Below are positions 29,537 to 45,870 of a DNA stretch of 64,000 nt, piece after piece (within the stretch, counting starts at the first letter, position 1; every line of letters starts with the position of its first letter). The stretch is from the NCBI RefSeq assembly GCF_009914755.1, contig NC_060925.1; one strand, written 5' to 3'. The notes below the pieces were generated by a model. That model searched no databases. It was not told where the DNA came from and was given only the letters and a program-made list of their open reading frames with translations. This DNA is from the human T2T-CHM13v2.0 reference genome, Homo sapiens. Both the position numbers and the translations under genes were made by a program.

Positions 29537-31125
29537 TGAGCACATATTATGAATGAGTTGTGGTATAATGTTTGTGAAGGAATACCGAAAATGTTGAAAC
29601 TTTGTTCCTGCCCTTTTGACATGATGGAACACCACTAGAGAAGGTGTCAAAATGTCTGAGCTTTAACCTGTCTCCACTGCTTAAAATCGAGGTAGCATTG
29701 GGCAAGTAATTTGACCACTTGAAGCCTGTTTCCTTAGCCATAAAACAAAATTTGTATTATCTGCCTTGTCTTGCTCTGCTGTGAAAATCTTTTTATTCCA
29801 AGGCAAATTAAATATTTGGAAAGACGGTCTGGCAGTAGTCATGTTGCCCATATCGAGAGATGCAGTGGCCTAGAAATTAACCACCAATTCTGTGGAGCAG
29901 ATATTGGGAGCAGCTGTAGCTACAATGATGGAAAACAGTCCATCCAGCAAGTCGTGTTTGGTGTCCAGAGTGTAGAAACAGGCCAGATGACTGGATCCGA
30001 ATGACACCGTGAGAGATGAGAGAAGCAGTGTCCCCATAGGAGGGCAAGGCATAGCAGAACAGGCCATACCTGGGGCTCTTACCAGGCAGCTTATGGGAGC
30101 AGAGCTCCAGCAGCTGGACGACAGGAGTCATTTCCCCTGACGTGAAAAACCGCAGAGGAACTAATCTCCTATTTGGTTTCCAAATTCCTAGCCAAGGAGG
30201 ACAGTCTAGATTGAAGATGATAGAAGACATAATTAGAATAATAAAATATAAAAATGAAGGGGATTACCCTCAAATTACAATGAAGAAATAGGGCTTTAGT
30301 GAAGTGAATTTACTTCCTCCAGGTTACACACTGAGACAGAATTAGAGCCAGGACCTAAAACCCTAGTCTTTATATTGAGATATGGTGCTCTTCACATTAT
30401 GTGAGAAGAGGCAACTCTCTCAGAGGCAACTGAGACCCCAAATAAGGGAAGAAATTGTAAAAGGGTGCTCGATGGTGTTCATCACCAGAATCAGAGCAGT
30501 CCCAGCCATTGGCACAGAGAGAATTTGGAAATGAAATCCTAAGCAATTTTTAAAGCATGGTGGAGAAAAAAGATAGCAAAATAGAGTCAATTTGCCTGAA
30601 ATGAGGGAGAACATGAATGCACAAACTGGATTGGTGCCCAGAACCTATCCATAGGAAAATTCTATAATAAAATTCAACAAATGTTTACTGAGCTCCCGCA
30701 CCACACCAAGCATCATGGTAGTCTTTGATGATGAATGAATGGACCTTTCCCATGGCAGAGGCAGGTAGGAGAGACAGATCTATAAATCACTGTAGTGCAA
30801 TGTGTTAAGTTCAGGTGCATACAAAGTGTTAGGAAAGCACATTTTCCATGAAAAGGGGACATTTTGGCAGGGTCTTTAAAAATTGATCAGGGATCTTCCA
30901 GATGGACTACAAGGAGGAAGAGCACAGCAGCATTTCAGGTAGGTGGAATAACATGTGCCAAATCACAGAAGCATGAATAAAGGCAAAGGCTTGATGGACT
31001 GCAAAATTTTGGCATGGCTGATTTCAAAGAGAAGTGACATATGGGGATTGGAGGATGGAAATGAAGGTGGTCTATAGCTTGTGGACAGATTATGCAGAAC
31101 CTACAGCCTATGCTGGGAAGTTTGA

Positions 31126-31461
<336 letters not shown>

Positions 31462-31599
31462 TGAGTTTTAAACCCTTCAACAGAAAAGTGGTGAACAATG
31501 AGCCACTCTGAATGTTCACCAGTCGCACCTCATCTCAGACTAGCCTCGTTTCCTCTTTAAATATGGTCTCTAAACTGTCAAATGAGGGTTATATTAAGG

Positions 31600-33230
31600 C
31601 AATACATATTATTCAGCAAGGCACTTGACAGGACATTTTGCTTTAGCTTTGAAAATATACTGGTAAAACAGGGTTGAGTAACAGTTCATTGGACTCATAA
31701 CAGGCTGAGTGAGACTGGCAAAAAGAGCACTGATGAACTGAGCAGGACACACTAGAAAGGCAGGTCCATGAGGAGGACTCGAAGCACTGCCCTCAGAATG
31801 CCCCTGTCCTATCTGGGCCTGGGCACAGTGAACTCACGTGGTCAATCAGATGTATAAGTGGCACAAAGCTATGAGGAAGAGCTAATGGCATGGGGACCCA
31901 GGAAGATCTGCGCAGGCTGAAAAGATGAGCTGAAACAAGTAAGATGAAATTTAGCAAGAATAAATATTAAGACTTATACTTCGGTGGATGCAATGGTCTG
32001 AATGTTGTATCCTTACAGAAAGTATATGTTGAAATCTTAATTCCCAAAGTGATGGTATTAGGAGATGGGGCCTTTGGGAGGTAAGTAGGTCATGAGGGTG
32101 GTAACTTCATGAATGAGATTAGTGCTCTTATAAAACAGACCCCAGAGAGCTCCCTTGCAACTTTTCTACCACATGACAACATAGCAAAAAGATGGTCATC
32201 TATGAACCAGGCATTGGGCCCTCACCAGTCACTGGATATGCTATCAGCCTGATCTTGGACTTCCCAGCCCCGAGAATTGTGATAAATAAATATTTGTTGT
32301 CTATAAACCACCCACTCTATGGTATTTTGTTATAGCAGCTGGAACTAAGACAAACAGGGCTGGGTTAGCACTAAACAGCATGGAGAAAATATAACTGAAC
32401 ATCAGTTTGAATGACAAAAGATACTGGTTTTTGTTTGTGGTTGAGAGCAAACTCTATATTGTTCAAAAAGAGCACACATCTACCAAAAAAAGATAATATA
32501 AGCACAAATTGCATTTCTAGAAATATAGTGATGGAGAAGTACCGACGAAATGAATGGAGGTGTTAGAAAATGGGCCCATCAATGCTTTGTGCAGACATGT
32601 CTAGAACATCCTGGATGGCACATGCCAAGGTTATAAATCCTTCATGTATGCTCTGACCCCACCTCGGTGATGTAAGATCCAGGAGCATAGAGATTTTGTC
32701 CTGTTTCCACTACTTATTGCACCTTTCTTATACACTCAGTGCCTAGATCAGTGCCAGGCACACAGCAGGAGCAAAGTAGGTATTCACTGAAAGAGTGTCT
32801 TAATGAAGCTGAAGGAAAGCAATAAGGATGGCAAAGGTGCTCAAAGTCACTCTGATGACTGGAAGAAATAAAAGACATTTTGTCCCTGAAAGAGAAGACT
32901 TGGGTGATTTGCAATCATTTTCTTAAAACATTAAAAGACTCTTCTGTGGGAAAAGAATCAAACATAACAGCCAAGCCCCACAGGACAAATTTAAATTTAA
33001 TAGATAAAAGTTTAAGGCAGACAGATTTCAGTTCAACAGAAGGAAGTACTTTCTAACAATTAGGGCAGTTCAAAGTGGCCTTAGTTGAAGAGTGAACTGC
33101 ACATCGGTGAAGGTGTCTGAGGGAAGTTGAATGGCCCCAGTTTGAAAAGTTGCATAGGGGATGTTCTTACACTAATGATGCTTGTCTAGGTGCCCACAAA
33201 AGTTACTTCCAATTCTTATATTCTTTGACT
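31600..33230 (+). mobile_element. L3/CR1 LINE relic interrupted by an MLT1A LTR
   Basis: CR1-like RT segments (GCTGAAACAAGTAAGATGAAATTTAGCAAGAATAAAT) and a 3' end TTCCAATTCTTATATTCT. Confidence 0.5.
31989..32352 (+). mobile_element. MLT1A-type MaLR solo LTR
   Basis: TGCAATGGTCTGAATG...GGAGATGGGGCCTTTGGGAGG...AATAAA...ACTAAGACA. Confidence 0.88.
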
Positions 33231-33280
33231 ACAAAATGAGATGACATACGAGGAAATCATTTGAAAACTGAATGCTACCA

Positions 33281-33580
33281 GCCGGGCGCGGTGGCTCATA
33301 CCTGTAATCCCAGCACTTTGGGAGGCCAAGGCAGGTGGATCACGAGGTCAGGAGTTCAAGACCAGCCTGGCCAACATGGTGAAACCCCGCCTCTACTAAA
33401 AATACAAAAATTAGCTGGGCATGGTGGCGTGTGCCTGTAATCCCAGCTACTCATGAGGCTGAGGCAGGAGAATTGCTTGAACAAGGACCCAGGAGGCAGA
33501 GGTAGCAGTGAACGAGATCGCACCACTGCACTCCAGCCTGGGCTGCAGAGAGAGACTCTGTCTCAAACAAAAAAGAAAAA
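33281..33580 (+). mobile_element. AluSg-like
   Basis: Full dimer; perfect TSD GAAAACTGAATGCTACCA. Confidence 0.95.
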
Positions 33581-35915
33581 GAAAACTGAATGCTACCATT
33601 TTCCCAAGAGGACTTAGAATATGATTTTAACGTAAATTGGGACAAGATTGGCATGAAGTAGGAAAAATGACAGATAACTGATACCAAGAATAAATTCCCT
33701 CATTGAGTTCATTTTGAGTTATGGTAGTATCAGGGAAGACCTCTGTTGCAGAGGGGACTTATTGAGCTTGGAACATTGGAGAGACAGAAGGGGCTATGGT
33801 GGTCATTGCTGAAGTGTGACTATGAGAAAAGCTGCTTTAGCCTTCACTGCACACCAAGAAACATTTAGTATGTGTTATCATGGATTACCTATCACGAGGT
33901 AGGTCTTTGTCACATGGTGTCTTAAATGTATCTGCTGGTCAGCACCTTGAAGTTCCTCAGAAGATGCAAAGTCTGTCTTGTTTAGGGTAAGAGGGTGTCT
34001 GTTCATGCCAAGACAAGAACTCATTTATAGTTATTTTATTCTCCATGTATTTGATTCTCCATCATTTCTACTTATAAATATTTCTGAGCTCTTCCAGTTA
34101 ATCAAGAATTAGCACTACCGAATTTCTACAAACCTAACACTTGCTTTTAAAAAGAAACAAATAGCAAAAAGAAAAAAAGAGGAAGGAATGAAAATGTTTA
34201 TTTAAATTACTTAATTTGTAGAATTCTGAAATTTATAGAAAAACATTTAGGAACTCGTTCTTGAATTAGTTAATTATGCCTATCAACTTTGCATTTTATA
34301 AGAAGTCACCACCAACACATAACTCTGTAATTGAAAGGCTACACACAATCTGTGGTAAAGAGCTTAGGAACTTGAGTTTCTATCTGCACTGTGTAAGTTT
34401 TCTCTTATTGTACTTTATCCAACCATTCTGCAGCTTTCAATCTTCTTGACACAGGTGGTGTTTTCCAATATCCTTAAATATTAGACTTTCAGAAAATACT
34501 TTTTTTTCTTATCATGAGTAATTCCAGGGCTAATTTTTCAAGGTATAAAAATCAGTGTTATTTATCTTTGACCAATAGAACCAACCCATTAACAAGATAT
34601 TTGGAAGACAAGATATCTTCTCAAGATTTTTTCAAGGTTCTTAGGCTAGCCTGGGATTCAACCCTGCAGCACGCCAAAACCCTGGAGGTATATCTTTTGA
34701 TCATTTTGAGCAGCTAAACACATACCACTGAACTCTCCCAAACACCCCAGCTCTTAAATCCAACATCTGTCTATTCCCTGATTGACAAAAAAGCTTTTGC
34801 TTTTGTTTTGGTTCAGCCAACCAGAATACTTTGTGTTGAGAAAGAGCTGAAAGCACCCGAAAGATCAGCAGAAGGAATATTGAGACTGATTAACAATCTC
34901 TGCCCTGGGCGAGGGATATGATATTCAAGGCCTTCAGATTTGTCCTGGCCTGAGGCTGCCTCTCCCTCATGGGACTTGTATGTGATGTGTACCAGATGCA
35001 GTCCTGTTGAATACCCAATTCCCCACCCCTTACAAGCATGATATGGACTCCCAAACATGGATGACACAATTCTACCTTGACCACAAGCAGAACATTTAGG
35101 CCAGGATATACTTAAGGGAAGAGGACCTGACATCTCCCCATTGAGCCACTGCAGAGAGAGAGAGAGAGGCCAGGGAAGTTGTCTATAAGAGCTCCTGCTG
35201 ATTCCAAAGCATGTGCCCCAGAAATAACAGTATTTTTTATGAATCAATCAAACCTTTACTTATTAAGCACCAACATTGTGCCTAACAAAATTAACAAGTT
35301 TCTGAATGCTCACAGCCCAAGTACGTGGAGAATCATCCAGACTCCAAATAGGAACACCAGAGAACAACTCAAGTCCTGTGGAGGATAAGCTCTATCTCTT
35401 GTTGGCTCACTTCTTTTCCTGCCCCAGGGACCTCTTCTCTGTCTCACCTCTCTCCTTTGGTGATCTCATCCACTTCCATGGCTTTCAATGCCATCAATAG
35501 ACCTATGATATCCTGATTTCTCTCCTGAGCTCCGAACTCAAATTTCCTTTAATAGCCATTTCTATTTATTCAGTTCCGAAATAGAACTACTGGTTTATCT
35601 ACCTACACTCCCAAAATTATTCCTTTTCTAGAATTCTCCACATAAGCAATTAGGACATTCTCTACCCAGTTACACAGGTGAAAGCCTAGGTTTCATTCCA
35701 GCAAACTGTAATCTCTCCCTTTTCCTTACTCTTTTATATAATCCATTAACAAATCTTGTCAATATATATTTAAATAAATATCACATCAAGACAATTCAAT
35801 TCTCCTACCTCCTCCGTCACCTCTTAGCCCAAGCCACTGTCATCTCTTAACTTGACTGCTTAAGTAGTCTTCTAAATATTTCTGCTTTCATTGTTAAACA
35901 CCTTAATGCATTCTT

Positions 35916-36258
35916 CAGGTAATGGACACAGTGATACAATGATATTTTGGTCAACGACAGACTGCATGTATGACAGTGGTCCCATTAGATTATAATACCA
36001 TAGTTTTACTGTAACTTTTCTATGATTAGATACACAAAAACTTACTGTTGTGTTACAATTGCCTACAGTATTCAGGAGAGTAACATGCTGTACAGGTTTG
36101 TAGCCTAGGAGCAATAGGCTATTCCATAAAGCCTAGGTGTGTAGTAGACTGTACCATTTAGGTTTGCGTAAGTACATTCTATGATGCTTGCACAAGACAA
36201 AATCACCTAACAATGCATTTCTCAGAACATATCACTATCATTAAGCAATGTATGACTG
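35916..36258. mobile_element. Tigger3a/MER7-type DNA transposon inserted in an L2
   Basis: GGTCAACGAC...TACAGGTTTGTAGCCTAGGAGCAATAGGCT...ATGACTG(TA). Confidence 0.88.
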
Positions 36259-38807
36259 TATTTAAAGTACATAAAAGAGCATAATGCTGTTCAGCGGCTT
36301 AAATCCTTCAATAGATTCCCAATGACCTTAGAATAAAATCTGAAATTTTTATGGTGGCCTTCAAGACCCTAAATTATCTGGCTTCTCCTCACCTCTCCAA
36401 CTTCATTCTATGCTACAATTCCCCTTTGCTCAAAACTCAAGGAATACGCCATCTCTATCTTAAGCAATCTGTTTCAGAGAATAGAAAATGAGGAAAAATT
36501 AGCCAATTTATGAATCTAGAATATCAGAATATCAAAACGGGACAAGAACAGGACAAAAAAGCAAATGATAGACCAATCTCACTTGTAATCTTAGAGTCAA
36601 AAATAGATGAAGTATTAGTTAATTAAGTGTAACATATATACATATATATATCAAATACATCATATATATATATTCCTACGCCATAATATAAAGGCTATCT
36701 CAAGAATGCAAGGATAACTCAACATCAGAAAATCTTATATTGTAATATAATAAATACATTAAGGGAGGAAAAAGTACATAATCATCTCAATAGGCACATG
36801 CATTATTTAGGACAGGCAGGTAATGTTATGATGACAGACAAACCTCAAAATCTCACTGGCTTAAAATAAAAGAATTTATTTCTTGCTCAAGAAAATTTCA
36901 CATTAGTAAAAATGATATATGTAAAATAGATCATATATTAGATTGAAAATAGAAAAATTATAAGCCATTTACCATTCCACAACCTTGAAATAATTGTGGT
37001 GTCATGGAAAGGGCATTGGACTAGAAGTGGGGAGTCTTAATTGCCTAACTTTGGGCAAGTCACTTTATCTCCAATGGCTCAATTTTTCCATCTGAGAAAT
37101 GAATAGATTATGCGGGGTGATCTCTGAGCTCTCTTCCAGCTCTGGCAGCTGTGATGGGTCAGTCCCAGCACCATCAATGAAGCTGACGTGATACAGCCAT
37201 CAATTTCCAAGACAATTTCCAAGACACCCTTGGCTTTCTGTCTTCTGTTTTGACCTCAGCTACTCCTGTATTGCTCTCTCCTACTCCCATTCTCTGCTCA
37301 TGCTTATAGAGCAGCAGAAAGCACAGCTTGTCCTTGAATGAACATTCTAGTCTGGGATCCATTTGTAAAAAGTGAAATGGCTCAAAAATACCATCCGCAA
37401 GTGATCCATGGCAATCTCACTTATAACAGGGGCTTCTGTCATGGTTAGCCTCTTCTGACAAAAGACCCATTTCCTGTGAACTTGGCTAGGAGTGTGAGAA
37501 ATAAATAGCCTTTGTTCTAGAAAACATGAAGTTATTGAAAAGCATTTTCTAAAACCTTACAGGGGAAAACAGGCCCTTTGGCATATAATAGAAGTGTGAT
37601 TGTACGGAACAGGAGTCTCTTGGGCCAGCCAAACCTTATGCCACCTTTTGGGTATCCTGAGTTAGACTCTTCATTCAGCCTCCATGAGGGTGGGATAGTG
37701 AGTGTGGAAGAGGGGGTTCAGCCTGTGAGTTGGACCAGGACTCAGAGCCCACTTCTGTCGTGTCAGAGCTGTGTGATCTTAATCTCACTGACCCTCAGTT
37801 TTCTTATTTTAAATAGGGGGGAATAATAAAACCTACCTCACAGGACTGTCATGGGACCAAATGCGATAATACCTGTTGATCATCTAGCACAGTGTCTGGC
37901 ACACGAGAGGACCTATGCAGAGGTTAGTTCCTCTCTTTCCTCAATTTCTTGAAAAAATAGCTGCAGCCATACCTGAAGTAACTCTTTTTCTCTGAAACTA
38001 TTAAACGGAAAATGCCTAGAGAACATGGTTACCCAGAAATGCCAAATATCAGTACTCTCTGCCAGTGGTGCCAAGAGCACCATTAAAATGCTTTTCTGAA
38101 TTCGGTACCACTTCTGAGTGATGCTGAGATGATTCACAGTGACATGTATAAAGCTGGCCTCCTTTGGCCTCTTTAGAAGAAAGATGTTAAATAAAAATGA
38201 ACAAAATTTCATTCATACCATTCTCCAGCAGAAATGCCACATTTAAGCTCTGTAATGTATGACTTTTTTCCTTATGGCATATCCCAAGGGGTGGGTCTTT
38301 AGCCATGTTCCGCAAGACTGTGCCTGTCACCAAAAATCATGATGGGACACCATCCAGGACAACACATGTTAAAGAGGTGAGAGAGACTGGACAGATGTAA
38401 AACATGAGCTGCTCCCAGGGACAGATTTGAAGAGACAGCAGCAGGCTCTTAGAGCAAACTTGCTTAAAAAGCATGGTCATCTTACCTTGCTCATGAGTTG
38501 AATTTAATTATGCTGTAATGCCACTGCCTTTTTCATTTCTCTAATGCATTATCAAGGACAGTCAGAGCCATTTAGCAATCTACAGAGCCCTTCAGTGATC
38601 AAGAATTGAATAATGGCCACTGGCATGGAGAGCCAATTTGGAGTGAATGAAAATGGGCCCTTTCAGCACCCCAGGTGAATAGAATAAGAGGTCTTCATAT
38701 TTTGAACAAAAACCCTCAAAGGCCTATATTTATAATCTTATTCCTACCATAGATGAGAGAGCAGCAAAATCACTGACCACTGACCCTTGATCAGTATGCA
38801 AGATGGC

Positions 38808-39231
38808 TGCTATAACTTGGCTATTTGTCACTCCCAAACCTCATGTTGAAATTTCATCCCCAGTGTTACAGGCGGGGCTTAATGGGAGGTGTTTGGGTCC
38901 TGGGGATGAATCCCTCATGAAAGATTAATGCCTTCCCTGGGTTATGGGGATGAACGAATTCACTATTAGTTCCCCCAGAGAAGTAGTTGTTAAGAAGAGC
39001 CTGGACCTCCTCCTTCTCTCTTGCTTCCCCTCTTGTCATGTGATCTCTGCACACACCAGCTCACCACCTCCTGCCATGAGTGAAAGAAGCCTGAGGCCCT
39101 CCCCAGAAGCAGATTCCTATGCCATGCTTCCTGCATAGTCTGCAGAACCATGAGCCAAATAAACTTCTTTTTTAAAATAAATGATCCAGCCTCAGGTATT
39201 CCTTTATAGCAACACAAAATGGATTAAGAAA
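38808..39231 (+). mobile_element. MSTB-type MaLR solo LTR
   Basis: CTCATGTTGAAAT...GGGAGGTGTTTGGGTC...GAGCCAAATAAAC...CAGGTATTCCTTTATAGCAAC. Confidence 0.88.
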
Positions 39232-40077
39232 GTGGTCCCTGTCTGTCATTGGATGCCCTTGTGGTGACACTTCATTTGCTGGCATTGACACATCCAGAAG
39301 CTATTTGTTTCTCTAACCAAGGCATGGCTATATACCTAAGCTATTTTCTTCCAAGCGACATGACCGGGCTAAATTTAAGACCTATAAATTAGAGGTAGAA
39401 AATTGGATAATACAAGAGAAGCATAAATAATTGTAAGCTTATATTATATAAGAGAAAGAGAGAGACAACACACACAAAACTAAAGAAAATTCTTTCAAAA
39501 CAGGGAAGACAAGAATTCTACAAATTATCTGCATGAAGAACAGGGAAATAAAACATCTGAAGAAAAAAAATACTGATAGAAAAATATACATTAAGAATAA
39601 ATTGGTAAATCTTGTGAAATGACTTTCTTTCAAGGATGAGTTGTCTGGCTATTTTAAGGAAACTTATTTTGGAACATTTTTCAATCGATGGAGATTTCAA
39701 TAAATACCACTTTGTCTTCTGAGGAGAGGGAAAAAAAGAGTTTAGAATTTCTTTTTCCTGTTAATTCAGGTTAATTGCTTAGGTCTGGTTGTTTCAAATA
39801 TTCTCTATCATAACACCAGTGCACCCAATCCTTTTGAGGGGATCGTGGAGAAAAGTGTATATGAGTCAATATTCCAATATAATTATGAAACATGCCCATC
39901 CCTCTAGTCTTGTTTCCAAACATAATTTGAGTGGTACAAGAACAGAACTGGAACTGACACCCACAAGAAAAGAGCCAAATATATATAAGTTCTTAGTTTA
40001 GAAAAAGAAAAGCAAATGGCCTTAAAAATGTGTTCTACCTAATTCATAAATAGATACAGTTTAAAACTACACTGACT

Positions 40078-42130
<2,053 letters not shown>

Positions 42131-42159
42131 TGTAAGCCCATACTAGGTTAATAATCAGC

Positions 42160-42570
42160 ATCATTAGCCATCAAATAGTCACTCCTCCAACTACGTTGTG
42201 GGAGGAATATGCTTCTCTACCCCATTAACTCTTGACTGGGCCATGTGATCTGCTTTAAGCAATGACATGCAAGTAGAAATGAGAGTGTGCTAATTGCAAG
42301 GAAAGAATTTAGAAGCAGCATGTGTGTTTGCTAGTCCCTAGGGCACTCTCACCATCTGTTATGAGATGAGCATGACCACGTAGCTGTTGCTCCTTCAGTT
42401 TGGATCCCAGAAAAAACAGGTGGAGTAGACCTGACTTGAACACAACTGAGCCCAGCTGATTCCCACTGGACCCAGCAGAGCCACAGTCAATCCACAGACC
42501 CATGAGCAAAAGTACCTTGGTATCAGACATTGACATTGGAGGTCTTTATTGTCACAATAAAAGTTGTTAC
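42160..42570 (+). mobile_element. Old MLT1 (J/K-like) LTR
   Basis: GGCCATGTGATCTGCTTTAAGCAATGA motif. Confidence 0.55.
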
Positions 42571-43516
42571 TAAAAAGGGCATTAAAAGAATTTATAAAAT
42601 TTATTTCCTTGTATATTCGTAAAATACCTTTGCAAAGCTACATGAGAATCTAATAACACAGGTAGCCCATCGGGAAGTGAATTGGGTAGCTCAGCGAGTG
42701 ACAGGGTGGCATGGAATATCTTCACAGGACAGTTTTCCACGTGTTTTGTTGCAAATTATTAAATATGAGAGCAGATTATTTCTTCAAAAAATTATACAAC
42801 AAGGTATCATCTCTAGGAATTCTTCTGAATAAAATAGTGTTATCAATTTGAGTCACTTACAGCATATGGCAGAATTAGTCCAAGAGGCTATTAAGAACAT
42901 AACATTAGGGAATAACAAAAAGCTGACAGAAGAGGTAGAAACTTATGTAGCCACCCGAGAGCTGGTGTCACAGGCCAGGTGATATAGAGTGGAAAACCCC
43001 AAACACAGCTTTCTGGTTCCCAGCCTCTCCACCAATCACAAACCAGCTGTGTATCTTTTGGTAAGCCGTTTAACTATTTTTGGCCTACTATCTTCAATTG
43101 TTAAATAAATGGGAGTTTTAGATAAATTTTAAGAAAGTAGTCATCTCAAATCATTTTTAAAATTCTATTGATAACTAAGTGATTGGAAATAAATTACCAC
43201 AAAATTTATTTTAACTAAGGTACAGAGAGCTGAAGTCAACCTACAAAATTTCAGAAGTATTTATCCTGTGGTCTAGTTGTAAGAAGATAATTTCACTAAG
43301 CTACTTTCACAAGATGAGAATGTTGAGGTATTTTTCTTGGAGTAATAATGAGTTTGCCTCACAATTTTTTTGGCCTTCAGGTTTCCCAGAAACTACCATA
43401 AAATCATTAACAAAAATTCAGTGGAAAACAATGGAACCAATGGAAACCAGTGGAATGTATGCATTTGATACGCTAGGCAGCAGCTGATAATGAATTCTGA
43501 ATATTGGGATTGTCTC

Positions 43517-43801
43517 TTTTTTTTGACGGAGTCTTGCTCTGTTTCCCAGGCTGGAGTGCAGTGGCACGATCTTAGTTCACCGCAACCTCTGCCTCCCGGG
43601 TTCAAGCGATTCTCCTGCCTCAGCCCCTGAGTAGCTGGGATTACAGATGCATGCCACCATGCCTGGCTAATGTTTGTATTTTTAGTAGAGACAGGGTTTC
43701 ACCATGTTGGTCAGGCTGATCTTGAACTCCTGACCTTATGATCTGCCTACCTCAGCCTCCCCAAGTGCTGGGACTACAGGCGTGAGCCACCACGCCCGGC
43801 C
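43517..43801 (-). mobile_element. AluS
   Basis: Reverse Alu; TSD TGGGATTG. Confidence 0.94.
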
Positions 43802-45025
43802 TGGGATTGCTTCTGAGTAACTTTTAGGCTTATACATTCAGCAACAAGAATTTTAAATCTACAAATGGACTTCAATCATGCTGAGTTTCCCCTCCACCTA
43901 CCCCCCAACCCCAACACCAATCTCCAGTAGCTCTCTCATTTACTCATATCTTAAAAGCTGGAAATTGTTTTTCTCAAGGCAATGGCATTAAAATCATCCA
44001 TTAATCTGACACTGAGAGCTATTTCAGTCATTTAGGACTATACTTTTTCCTGGTGAAGGAAACCAGAAAAGAGAGTTTCCACTGGTGAAGGGAAATGGAA
44101 GAGAAGCAAGGGACCATAAATTCACTTCTTTCCATCTAGGAGAAGAGCAGGTGTCAGTCATGGCATCAAATCAGATCCATCTCCCACTCCCATATGTAAC
44201 CAAAAACACAAATTCTCAAGACCAGTGAGCAAAGCTAGCCTTACATATACCAAGAGAAATTTGAAGGGCTACAGAGTACCAAAAATTCCATCATCACAGA
44301 AGTTTTCCTTTGCACTACCTTACCTGTAAATGTCTTTATAAGATAAACACTCTTAAAAGGCATTACCTATGGAGCAGCAGGAAACCTAAGTGAGCTCTCC
44401 TAATGGGAGGCTTCTCCAGTTGGATTCTTGCCACTTCTCTGAAGTAACATTCTACTGCTACCCCCATGTCCCAAAGGACTCAATAGGATGAGATCATTAA
44501 TATTTCCTGCCTGATCCTTCACCCTGTCTTGTGGGATCCCCTCCTTTATCGATAGTCCAAAGGAGTTCTACACATTTAAACAACACTTATTCTTATATTT
44601 CAAAGGGGTTTCATAATACAAGCAAAAATAATGAGGCTATTACAAGTTTTGAAGTTTCATGTCATTCATTTGGTGTTATTAAAATTTACAGTATTTTAAT
44701 ATCTAGTCCATGGGTTATGTAGCTCTTTCTCTTTTCACTCAAAACAGTTTTCCTTGGACTCAGAGTCTGAGATCACTTTCCTTTCTTAAGTGAACTACTT
44801 CACCATTTTCATGCTCAAGTGTGCTTTCTTGGTCCTTATGAAACACAAAGTTCTTCTTGAAAACATCCTAGATGGACATTTTTCACTTCAAACAAGGATA
44901 ACCTGGATTTCTGTTGCCACATTAGATAGAGCAGTTTGCAGCAGACTCATAGTACCTATGAGAATTACTAGAAAAATGCAATAAAATTTTCAAAATACTT
45001 AATGGCAACTGTCTAGTCGCCAAAG

Positions 45026-45870
45026 TGTCAGAGGCGTTAGAAGAGGAAGAACTCCATCTTGAATAGGGGCTGGATAAAATAAGGCTGAGACCTACTGGGC
45101 TGCATTCCCAGATGGTTAAGGCATTCTAAGTCACAGGATGAGACAGGAGGTTGCCACAAGATAACAGCTCATAAAGACCTTGCTGATAAAACAGGTTGCA
45201 GGAAAGAAGCCCGCCAAAATCCACCAAAACCAAGATGGTGACGAGAGTGACCTCTGGTCATCCTCACTGCTACACTCCTACCAGTGCCATGACAGTTTAC
45301 CATGGCAACTGCCATGGTAACGCCATGGTAACTGCCATGGCAACGTCAGGAAGTTACCCTATATGGTCTAAAAAGGGGAATCATGAATAATCCACACCTT
45401 GTTTATTATTTATTATTTTTATTTCTTGTATATAATCAAGAAACAATCACAAAAATGGACAGCCAGCAGCCTTTGAGGCTGCTCTGCCTATGGAGTAGCC
45501 ATTCTTTTATTCATTTATTTTCTTTTGTTTGTTTGTCTCTTTGTTTTTGGAGACGGAGTCTCGCTCTGTCACCCAGACTGGAGTGCAGTGGCGCCATCTT
45601 GGCTGATTGCAAGCTCCGCCTCCTGGGTTCACTCCATTCTACTGCCTCAGCCTCCCGAGTAGCTGGGACTACAGGCTTCCGCCACCAGGCCTGGCTAATT
45701 TTTTTGTATTTTTAGTAGAGACGGGGTTCCACCATGTTAGCCAGGATATTCATTTACTTTCTTAATAAACTTGCTTTCACTTTACTCTGTGGACTCGCCT
45801 CAAATTTTTTCTTGCATAAGATCCAAGAACCCTGTCTCAGGGTCTGGATTGGGAGCCCTTTCCAGTAACA
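45026..45870 (+). mobile_element. MER41A solo LTR (ERV1) with nested Alu
   Basis: TGTCAGAGGCGTT...CTCCATCTTGAATAGGGGCTGG...TTTCCAGTAACA; flanks AAAG/AAAC. Confidence 0.92.
45518..45746 (-). mobile_element. 5'-truncated AluY inside MER41A
   Basis: GCAAGCTCCGCCTCC diagnostic; TSD TATTCATTTA. Confidence 0.92.

Noticed and set aside
38662-38680. Second RE1 site (TTCAGCACC)
   Set aside because: Left half only; no GGACAG half at canonical spacing.
45300-45344. Short repeat arrays as CRISPR-like structures
   Set aside because: No unique spacers, no cas genes, eukaryotic LTR context.
45026-45870. Interferon-inducible STAT1 enhancer of MER41B type
   Set aside because: The sequence follows the MER41A form; I did not see the tandem TTCCGGGAA-like GAS sites.
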